64,000 bases of DNA from Candidatus Latescibacterota bacterium. Its GTDB lineage: Bacteria; Latescibacterota; UBA2968; UBA8231. Location of the stretch: the NCBI GenBank assembly GCA_965197905.1, contig CBDAOB010000005.1, positions 1,984,001 to 2,048,000 of the forward strand, written 5' to 3'. The notes beneath the pieces were generated by a model. That model ran no database searches, had not been told where the DNA came from, and saw only the letters and a program-made list of their open reading frames with translations. The position numbers and the translations under genes were made by a program. Numbering within the stretch: the stretch's first letter is position 1; each line of letters starts with the position of its first letter. Below, one piece after another: positions 51,447 through 59,335 of the stretch.

Positions 51447-52177
51447 AACCGGCCATCGATGTCGCCGACCTGAAGGTCAGCTACGGCGAGCAAACGATCC
51501 TGGACGGGATTACCATGCAGGTGGCCCCGGGCGACGTTGCCATTGTTCTTGGCGGTAGCGGTTGCGGTAAGAGCACCCTGTTAAAGACGATCATCGGACT
51601 GGTCGAACCGGTCTCCGGGAAGGTGTCGTTGTTCGGCGAGGTTCGGCAGGAGGAGGGGCCCCCTCCCTCTCTCAAACGGGTGGGCGTCATGTTTCAGTAC
51701 GGGGCCCTGCTCAACTCGATTACCGTTGGCGAAAACGTGGCACTGCCGCTGGAGATGCATTCCGACTTGAGCGGCGCACTGATCGAGGAGGTGGTGCGCA
51801 CACGCCTGCATCTCGTAGGGTTGGATCACGCGTACGCACTTTTTCCAAACGAGCTGTCGGGAGGCATGCGAAAGCGGGCCGCTCTGGCGCGCGCGATGGC
51901 GCTGGATCCGGAGATCCTGTTTTGCGACGAGCCGGGCGCCGGCCTAGACCCACTTACCGCCGCCGAGATAGACAACTTGCTCTTGACCTTGAACGGCAGC
52001 CTTGGGACGACTCTGGTCATCGTGACCCACGAGCTGCTGAGCATCGAACGCATGAACGGGAAGCTGATCATGCTGGATGCCGGCCGGGTCGTTTTTACCG
52101 GATCGGTGGCGGAGGCGAAGGTGTCGGAGCTGCCTGCCGTTTCTCGCTTTTTCCATCCGGGCGCAGCGCGCTCTTGA
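51443..52177 (+). CDS. MlaF-family ABC ATPase
   Basis: GGSGCGKST, LSGGMRKRAALARA, FCDEP.AGLDP, VTHE. Confidence 0.94.
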   Translation: MKPAIDVADLKVSYGEQTILDGITMQVAPGDVAIVLGGSGCGKSTLLKTIIGLVEPVSGKVSLFGEVRQEEGPPPSLKRVGVMFQYGALLNSITVGENVALPLEMHSDLSGALIEEVVRTRLHLVGLDHAYALFPNELSGGMRKRAALARAMALDPEILFCDEPGAGLDPLTAAEIDNLLLTLNGSLGTTLVIVTHELLSIERMNGKLIMLDAGRVVFTGSVAEAKVSELPAVSRFFHPGAARS

Positions 52178-52677
52178 AAACCGTAATCATCGTCGCCCTT
52201 GCCGCCAACGGGGTCATCGGCAAGGATGGAGATCTGGTTCAACGCCATCCCGCCGATCTGCGCCATTTCATCCGCACCACCAAGGGGTATCCGTTTGTTG
52301 CGGGTCGCAAGACCTTCGAATCCTTTAAGAAGATCCCCCTGCCCGAACGCGAGAATATGGTTCTCACAAGGGATCGCGAATATGACGTTCCCGATGGGGT
52401 CCGAGTTGTGCACTCCTTCGATGACGCGCTTGAGCACTGCATTCGCGGCGGGGCGGAAAAGATGTTTGTGCTGGGCGGTGGCGAGGTGTATCGCATCGCC
52501 CTTCCCCTGACCGACGAGATGATCATTACCCACTTCCCCGAGCCAGCGGAAGGAGACACCTTCTTCCCCGAATGGAAAGCCAACGAGTGGGACGTCGTTG
52601 ACACTCGTCGAGAAGAGGGTCTAACTTTTGCGGTCTACCGGCGCAACGCCGGGCAGCCAACGAGGAGCAAATGCTAG
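52174..52677 (+). CDS. folA: Dihydrofolate reductase (divergent)
   Basis: ALAANGVIG, DLRHF, GRKTFES, PLPER.N.VLTR, GGGEVY, EGDTFFP; TTG start overlaps the stop of the ATPase gene. Confidence 0.9.
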   Translation: MKTVIIVALAANGVIGKDGDLVQRHPADLRHFIRTTKGYPFVAGRKTFESFKKIPLPERENMVLTRDREYDVPDGVRVVHSFDDALEHCIRGGAEKMFVLGGGEVYRIALPLTDEMIITHFPEPAEGDTFFPEWKANEWDVVDTRREEGLTFAVYRRNAGQPTRSKC

Positions 52678-53867
52678 AAACCCTGAACAAGGCCCCGCCT
52701 GACCCGATCATCGGCTTGACGGAGGCATTCGGCAAGGATCCCAATCCGGAGAAGATCAACCTCGGGGTGGGCGTGTACAAGGACGAACACGGCAACACTC
52801 CGGTTTTTGCGACCGTTCGCGAAACCCAGGAGCGGTTGCTGCAAGCCGAAAAGACCAAAAACTACACGCCCATCGAAGGCACCGGGGAATTCTCCCGTGC
52901 CGTTCAGGGTCTCCTCTTTGGTGAAGACCACGAAATTATTGGCACCTCCAGGGCGGCGACCGTGCAGTCTCCCGGTGGAACGGGGGCGCTGCGCATAGCC
53001 GCCGATTTCGTTCACAAGCTCTTTCCCGGAACCCGGGTGTGGATTAGTGACCCCTCTTGGGCGAATCACCCGAAGGTGTTCGAAGCGGCGGGGATCAAGG
53101 TAGGCACCTACGCGTATTTCGACGACACGCGCAACGAGCTCGACCTCGACGCCATGCTGGCTTCGCTCAATGAGCTTTCTGCGGGCGAAGTCGTGCTGCT
53201 GCACGGCTGCTGCCACAACCCCACCGGAGTAGATCCCGACCCCGAGGAATGGAAGCGGATCGGCGATGTGGTGCAGGATCGAGGATTGATTCCGCTGGTG
53301 GATTTCGCCTACCAGGGCATGGGGGACGGGATCGACGCGGACGGAGTTGGGCTTCGTGAGCTTTGTCGTCCCGGTGTCGAGCTCTTCGTCGCCAGCTCCT
53401 TTTCGAAGAACTTCGGACTCTACAACGAACGCGTCGGCGCCTTGACCATCATTGGCGGTAGTGCGGAGGCAGCGGCAGCCGCATTGAGCCACGCCAAGAT
53501 CTGTATTCGGACCAACTACTCCAATCCGCCGGCGCACGGGGCGGCCCTGGTGACGGCGATTCTTGCGGACGCCGACCGGCGAATGAGGTGGGAAGGCGAG
53601 GTTGCCGGCATGCGGGACCGCATTGTGGAGATGCGATCGCTATTCGTTGAAACCCTCAAGAAGAAGGGTATCGAGCGCGATTTCTCGTTCATCGCCAGAC
53701 AACGGGGCATGTTTTCATTTTCCGGGTTGACCGGCGCCCAGGTCGATGCCCTGCGCGGCAGATATTCGATCTACGTGGTGTCGTCGGGCCGCATCAACGT
53801 TGCCGGTATGACCCATGACAATATGGATCACCTTTGCGAAGCCATCGCGGAGGTTCTGATCGGTTGA
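52671..53867 (+). CDS. aspC: Aspartate/aromatic aminotransferase (class Ia)
   Basis: NLGVGVYKD, GGTGAL, HGCCHNPTG, DFAYQG, SFSKNFGLYNERVG, GRINVAG. Confidence 0.95.
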   Translation: MLETLNKAPPDPIIGLTEAFGKDPNPEKINLGVGVYKDEHGNTPVFATVRETQERLLQAEKTKNYTPIEGTGEFSRAVQGLLFGEDHEIIGTSRAATVQSPGGTGALRIAADFVHKLFPGTRVWISDPSWANHPKVFEAAGIKVGTYAYFDDTRNELDLDAMLASLNELSAGEVVLLHGCCHNPTGVDPDPEEWKRIGDVVQDRGLIPLVDFAYQGMGDGIDADGVGLRELCRPGVELFVASSFSKNFGLYNERVGALTIIGGSAEAAAAALSHAKICIRTNYSNPPAHGAALVTAILADADRRMRWEGEVAGMRDRIVEMRSLFVETLKKKGIERDFSFIARQRGMFSFSGLTGAQVDALRGRYSIYVVSSGRINVAGMTHDNMDHLCEAIAEVLIG

Positions 53868-53900
53868 GGCGTGGAGGTGCCTGCCGCTGGCGGAACGCAC

Positions 53901-55010
53901 TTACCGGACGCTGAATCGCAGCACCCGGAAGACACCCGGGGTGCCGCGAAGTTTCTCCGATCGATTCTCCAGAACGGTCCCGTCCGCCAACAGGAATCGC
54001 TCCGATTCCCCTCTTGGAGGCCCCCCCTGAATCAACATCGCCTCTCCATCTCCAGAAAATAGGTGTTGTTCAACAGATTTATCTACGGGATTCCAATCGT
54101 GTATTTCACCCGCGCGACCGTTTGAGAATTCGTCGATGGCAATGAACATCTCCTCACTGTCCTCGAGCCTGCCTGCAGCTGCGAAGTAGAGAGTGAATTC
54201 GCCTTTTTCCGTGGCATTGTAGCCGAAGGTTCCCCCGTAAACTTGCGTCGGGTTCGTGTCGTCCAGCCGAAACCAGAGGCTTTCATACGGTCGGTATCGG
54301 GACCTGCCCCCGAAAACAGTACGCTTGAATATAGTCCAGGTGTTTCCGCTCGAACTGAGCAGAAAGGCGAAGATGTCGCATTCCACTGCAACGCGAAATC
54401 TGATTTGCAGTTCGTCACCCTTCTCCAGCACCGCGCCGTCCGCTACCTCGACCTGGTCGGCGAACCCCACGTCGCGACGCAGCCCGAGAATATGGAGCTC
54501 GATTTCGAGCGGAGCTCCTTGCGGTTCCCCGTTTGCGGATGCCCGTGCCAACCGCTGCAACGATTTGGTCGACACTCGCTGAAGATCGGCAAGCTGCATC
54601 GTGCCCGTCCGCCGGTCAACAAATGCCAGTTGCAGGTAAGACCACCGTTCGTCGGTGTACAGCCGGCCTCCCAACAGATGCGAGAATCCCTGGTGCACAT
54701 CGTCGAACAGGGGCAACACTCCCTGGGTTGACCAAGGCACCTTGGCCGTCTCCTCGTCGACTTCAAGGTGAAACCCGGCATCGCCGAGGGTCTCGATCAG
54801 GAGCCGGTCCACCACCTTTGTTTCGGGCGTTGCTTTCCCATCGCCTCCCCGCGTCCCGGGGAAGGCGAGATTTCGCGGCAGATCAAGGCGGGCGATATCA
54901 ACGGCAAGGGCATCGACGGTGTGGTCCAGCTCGGCAGCGGATCGGGTTTCCTGGTGCATAAATGCACACCCGTTGAGAACAACCAGAACTGCAGGCAATA
55001 ACGCAGTCAT
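53901..55010 (-). CDS. Hypothetical lipoprotein, possibly with a DUF4384-like C-domain
   Basis: Lipobox VLNGC; VLEKGDELQIRFRV..C.IFAF; continuous 369-aa ORF. Confidence 0.55.
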   Translation of the reverse strand: MTALLPAVLVVLNGCAFMHQETRSAAELDHTVDALAVDIARLDLPRNLAFPGTRGGDGKATPETKVVDRLLIETLGDAGFHLEVDEETAKVPWSTQGVLPLFDDVHQGFSHLLGGRLYTDERWSYLQLAFVDRRTGTMQLADLQRVSTKSLQRLARASANGEPQGAPLEIELHILGLRRDVGFADQVEVADGAVLEKGDELQIRFRVAVECDIFAFLLSSSGNTWTIFKRTVFGGRSRYRPYESLWFRLDDTNPTQVYGGTFGYNATEKGEFTLYFAAAGRLEDSEEMFIAIDEFSNGRAGEIHDWNPVDKSVEQHLFSGDGEAMLIQGGPPRGESERFLLADGTVLENRSEKLRGTPGVFRVLRFSVR

Positions 55011-55019
55011 GTGGGGGAG

Positions 55020-56687
55020 TCAGCCAGAAGCCACACGGGAGCCGGCGTCGGACAACAAGCGCGTTTCGGCCACCATCTTGGACCACAGAATTCGGGCTTG
55101 CACGAGAATCTCACGGCGCTTCTGATCGCGCTCGGGGATATTTTCGAGAACGCTGTACAGCGCCGAAAAGGCCGGTGTGCCCATGGAGTGGATCAACTCG
55201 ATCAGCTCGCCGTACTCCTCCGACTGATCCAGCCTGATAAGGACGCAAGCAAGCAGGAAATCGGTGTCCGGGTCCGTGGGCCCGAACTGTTTGAGCGAAC
55301 GCTGATACGATCTCAAGTACATCAGTACTCCACTGGGATCGGACGTCAGTCGGTGGGGTCCATTGGACAGCAACTTTAACACCTTAGGATCTTGGTGCAG
55401 CTCCGCTCTCCGTTTGCGCGCCGCCGTGGCCTTGCCCGATCCACCAGAGAGCACCTCAAGCAGTTCGTAGGCGCGGGTTACAATACCCTGCTTTCGCCCT
55501 TTAAAGACCTCCCACTCATCCTCCTCCTGAAGTTTTTGTTGTTGGATGAGTTCCACGATCTCCTCCCGTGCGGGTGCACCCATCGACGTCAATTCGTTAG
55601 AGAGCTCCTCGTAGTTGACGGCTTTGTCGAGCCGGACGAAGAGACCCGCCAGTGCCCGTTCCATGCCTTCGCCCGCACCTTCGCGACCCAGCGCGCGACA
55701 GCGACCGGCACGTGAAAATACGCCGGCAGGATCGGAGGTGAGGGTGCACAGATACATCCAGAGTGGATGCATCAGCTGCGCTACGCTCTCGTCTCCCTCT
55801 CTATAGGCCGTGAAGAATCCACGTAGAGACTCAGGGCCAAGGGAAACGACCTGCCGCAGGAACTCCGCCCGGGGCTTAGGCACGACGCCTTTGCAAAAGG
55901 CCGTCATCAACGGTTGCGGATCGAAACGCAGCGCGTCCTCGTAGTCGTGGAGCAGATCGGCGAAGGATTGAGGAGCCGTTTCCTGTCCTTTTCGCTCCGC
56001 CGTCTTTCTCGCTACGCTGTGTATTATATCCCGATCAAACAGAAAAATGCGAGGGTAATTGAATATCTTCGCGATCCGTTCCATCTTGTCGCGGGACCAC
56101 TTCTCCTCTAGTTCGGAGTCGAAAACTGTTCGCGCGAGCTCGAACGGGTCGGCGTGAACCGCCTGCTTGGGGGAGACTCTCAGCAACCGTTGTTTGTACC
56201 CGGTCACGAACTCACCAAGCTCCGATCTTCCCGAATCTATACTGTCCCGACGATGGCGATTGTGTTCGCCCACGAGCTTCAGCAGAAGGGGTTCCCCCAG
56301 CCTGTAGTTAGGAAGGTCGGAGACGACGGTGATATAGGATTGCAGAACGTCGACCAGTAACAGGTAGTCGAACAGTGTCCAGGAAGCGAAGATGACCCCC
56401 TCGGCGACGGCCCAGTGGTCATACCCTTTCTCGGCCGCCTCCGACAGCAGCGCTTCGGACAGATAGACCGTGCGCCGACGTCGACCGATATGCACCGCCT
56501 GGTGGCAGCGAAAGTCCCGAAAGAAAGGGAGGTCGCCGGTCCGAGTCAGCGTGATGCTGATCGGTAGATCCAGCAGCGCCTCGCGGAGGCTGTCGGGAAT
56601 CTTCTCGAGAACCTTCCAGAATTGCAGGACCAGGGACTCGCCCGCGTGAAGCTTGGGAAGGCGCTGGTCGTCGGGGAAGTAGGGCAA
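55020..56687 (-). CDS. Hypothetical helical protein with an internal duplication; true start may be upstream (~56751)
   Basis: 555-aa ORF; LTSDPAGV...RLDKAVNYEEL...SMG and LTSDPSGV...RLDQSEEYGEL...SMG. Confidence 0.7.
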   Translation of the reverse strand: MPYFPDDQRLPKLHAGESLVLQFWKVLEKIPDSLREALLDLPISITLTRTGDLPFFRDFRCHQAVHIGRRRRTVYLSEALLSEAAEKGYDHWAVAEGVIFASWTLFDYLLLVDVLQSYITVVSDLPNYRLGEPLLLKLVGEHNRHRRDSIDSGRSELGEFVTGYKQRLLRVSPKQAVHADPFELARTVFDSELEEKWSRDKMERIAKIFNYPRIFLFDRDIIHSVARKTAERKGQETAPQSFADLLHDYEDALRFDPQPLMTAFCKGVVPKPRAEFLRQVVSLGPESLRGFFTAYREGDESVAQLMHPLWMYLCTLTSDPAGVFSRAGRCRALGREGAGEGMERALAGLFVRLDKAVNYEELSNELTSMGAPAREEIVELIQQQKLQEEDEWEVFKGRKQGIVTRAYELLEVLSGGSGKATAARKRRAELHQDPKVLKLLSNGPHRLTSDPSGVLMYLRSYQRSLKQFGPTDPDTDFLLACVLIRLDQSEEYGELIELIHSMGTPAFSALYSVLENIPERDQKRREILVQARILWSKMVAETRLLSDAGSRVASG

Positions 56688-56905
56688 TCGGGTCTGTTCC
56701 CCGAAAAGGATCTCCTTGGGAGCAACGCGTACCGCATCGTTATATTCTCATGGCTTACACACCCGTCCCATATGCCAAGATTTGCGTCGGGTGCGGTCGT
56801 TGCAAGCAAGTTGGTCTCTCCGTTGGTCCTACGTTGATCTTTCGTCAATATACGCGTGGCATTTTCGTTTGTCATCTCGAGAACAGAGTCGACCTTTTGT
56901 GTCGA

Positions 56906-56934
56906 TTGACAGCTAGTGTTGGCGCGGTTATTAT
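56906..56934 (+). promoter_or_regulatory. Sigma70 promoter
   Basis: TTGACA-N17-TATTAT, 66 nt upstream of 57001. Confidence 0.7.
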
Positions 56935-57000
56935 AGCATGCAGCGACCCTCCCTGCCTCCTGTACTCCTTATCTCCCTGTCTGTTCAAAATCTATATTGA

Positions 57001-58632
57001 ATGCGCATGTCGAGCCGGGTTTCCAGGATTCTGCTCATTTCTATTCTCGCCGGGTGCAGTTCGCCCCCGGCTCCATCACCACCCAATGAGCTGCCGCTAG
57101 CAAACGCCGGCCCCGACCAAACGGTGACACCGGGGGCTCAGGTGCAGATCGATGGCTCTGCCAGCTCTGATCCGGAGGGTGAGGTTCTCACGTATGCGTG
57201 GACTGCCAATCCCGAGAACCCCGCCCACTTTCCGCTTCCACAAAACAGTGCCTCATTCGCCTTCACGCCGGACCAGGGCGGTGTCTACCGATTTGCGCTG
57301 CAGGTCAACGATGGCAAGGCAACCAGCATCGCGGATTCGATCGCAATCACGGTGATGGTTTCTGATAACAGTCCACCTGTCGCCGCCGCGGGGCCGAATC
57401 TGAGTCACACCCTCGGTTCGGTCATATTGCTGAGCGCCGTCACCAGCAGCGATCCTGACGGCGATGATCTTTCCTACAGCTGGATCATCGTTGCGGCTCC
57501 GACCGAGATCTCGCTGGAGGATTCTACCGCCGACCAGATTAGCTTCACCCCGCCTGCGGTCGGGTCGTATCACGTGCGCCTGATCGTAAGTGACGGGCTA
57601 GACGAATCGACCGACGACGTGCTGATTATCATCACTCCGGCCGACAACATAGCGCCCATCGCCAACGCCGGACCTGACCAGGAGGTCTTTTCCGGCAATC
57701 TCGTCACCCTCGATGGCAGCCTTAGCAGCGATCCCGACGGCAGCGAGACATTGCTTTTTCAATGGATCGTCGCGCGGACGCCAGGAGCCGCGGTCGACCT
57801 TTCGGACGCCAGCTCAGCTCAACCCACCTTTATTCCTTCCGAACCAGGTGAATACGTCTTCGGCCTCGTGGTCAGTGACAGCGACAGCACCAGCATTCAA
57901 GATGTGACAACAGTTGTCGCGCTGGCCCCTATCTTCGCCAAGCAGGCCGGTATGATCGAGGTGCCCCCTGGCCCGTACATCATGGGATCGGACCAGGGCC
58001 CCCCCGATGAGAACCCGCCCCACCGCGTCGACGTCAGCTCCTTCTGGATCGACGAACTGGAGGTTACAGCAGGCCAATATCAGCTCTGCGTCGACGCGGA
58101 AGCCTGTGCCGCGGCGGCAGCCTCCGCCGGCTGCAACGGCAGTGTTGCGGACAGAGCGAATCACCCGATCAATTGCATCGATTGGATCCAGGCTCAGTCG
58201 TTTTGCACCTGGGCGGACAAGAGGCTGCCGACTGAAGCGGAGTGGGAGAAGGCGGCTCGAGGCACCGATGGGCGGCGTTTCCCGTGGGGCCAGACGCGAC
58301 CGACTCCACAGTTATTGAACTACGGCAACAATATCGGGTCGACGACTCTGGTGGGCATCTACCCGGACGGAACGAGCTTCTACGGGATCCACGATATGGG
58401 AGGAAACGTGTCGGAGTGGACTGCGGATTTTTACGCCGCCGATTATTACGGCCGCAGCCCAGATGCAGACCCCACCGGCCCAGCGTCGGGAGATTCCCGA
58501 GTCGCTCGTGGCAGCAGCTGGAAAATCGGGGTTCCTGAGGAGGCTCTTACGGCGACGGTTCGCATCCGCTTGTTGGAATCCTCGCTAGACAACTCCATCG
58601 GCGTCCGGTGCGCCCGCACCGAAGCTCCATAA
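57001..58632 (+). CDS. Lipoprotein with 3 PKD/K319L-like Ig repeats and a C-terminal FGE-sulfatase (SUMF1-like) domain
   Basis: Lipobox LAGC; three N..P.A.AGP...S.DP.G repeats; RLPTEAEWEKAARG, DMGGNVSEW, RGSSW. Confidence 0.88.
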   Translation: MRMSSRVSRILLISILAGCSSPPAPSPPNELPLANAGPDQTVTPGAQVQIDGSASSDPEGEVLTYAWTANPENPAHFPLPQNSASFAFTPDQGGVYRFALQVNDGKATSIADSIAITVMVSDNSPPVAAAGPNLSHTLGSVILLSAVTSSDPDGDDLSYSWIIVAAPTEISLEDSTADQISFTPPAVGSYHVRLIVSDGLDESTDDVLIIITPADNIAPIANAGPDQEVFSGNLVTLDGSLSSDPDGSETLLFQWIVARTPGAAVDLSDASSAQPTFIPSEPGEYVFGLVVSDSDSTSIQDVTTVVALAPIFAKQAGMIEVPPGPYIMGSDQGPPDENPPHRVDVSSFWIDELEVTAGQYQLCVDAEACAAAAASAGCNGSVADRANHPINCIDWIQAQSFCTWADKRLPTEAEWEKAARGTDGRRFPWGQTRPTPQLLNYGNNIGSTTLVGIYPDGTSFYGIHDMGGNVSEWTADFYAADYYGRSPDADPTGPASGDSRVARGSSWKIGVPEEALTATVRIRLLESSLDNSIGVRCARTEAP

Positions 58633-58709
58633 TAGACATAACCTATTGTCTAACAACTATTTGCGGATTAAGTTCTGAGGTTTAACATCAACCCACAGCC
58701 GGTACCGCG

Positions 58710-59075
58710 TTGACGCGCAAGATCCTCGTTGTCGAAGATGAAGAACCGGTGCGAACCTTGTTTATTCGCCTTCTCGAACGCGCGAGTTACGAGCCGATTC
58801 CGGCGGAGAATGCCGAAGAGGCGCTGAGCCTGCTCGATCGCGAGACCGTCGATCTAGTGCTTCTCGATCTGCACATGCCGGGGCCGGTCAGCGGCGAGGA
58901 TCTTCTCTTTCGACTGCGTGACAAGGGAGATCAGGTGCCTATTATCGTAATTTCTGGTTGGGTCGACGATGAAATCGCGGCCAATAAACCGGACTGTGTT
59001 CACGCCGTGCTCAAGAAGCCAGTCCATGCCGTCAGCTTCATCGAAACGGTGCGGCAGGCCCTTCGCTCGACATAA
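58710..59075 (+). CDS. Single-domain response regulator
   Basis: ILVVEDE, LLDLHMP, IISG, KP. Confidence 0.92.
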   Translation: MTRKILVVEDEEPVRTLFIRLLERASYEPIPAENAEEALSLLDRETVDLVLLDLHMPGPVSGEDLLFRLRDKGDQVPIIVISGWVDDEIAANKPDCVHAVLKKPVHAVSFIETVRQALRST

Positions 59076-59102
59076 AAAAGAGTCCGGCAAAAAGCCGGAC
59101 TC
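59073..59102 (-). terminator. Intrinsic terminator oriented for a minus-strand transcript
   Basis: Minus strand GAGTCCGGC-ttttt-GCCGGACTC followed by TTTTTT. Confidence 0.75.
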
Positions 59103-59335
59103 CAAGCCTAGGGTGAGGCATTCCACAAGGACTGTCGTTTGGGATCAAAACGATGGTCCACTCCAGATATCGGCCTCCACTCCATTCTCGTTACTTTTTT
59201 CTGTTTTCCGGGGCAGTGACGCCCCGTCCTCCGTCGATTGCTGAACCTGTTCAATCGCCGTGACTTGAGTCACCGATCCCAAAATTGAGGTATATTAGAG
59301 TATGGTTAGGGTAACCTGCAGAGTGAAAACGTGAA

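Noticed and set aside
51922..52173. N-terminal extension of DHFR
   Set aside because: It overlaps the ABC ATPase in another frame; DHFR similarity starts at TTG 52174.
57950..58632. FGE/C-type-lectin domain as a diversity-generating retroelement target
   Set aside because: No reverse transcriptase and no template-repeat copy of its 3' end is visible in the window.
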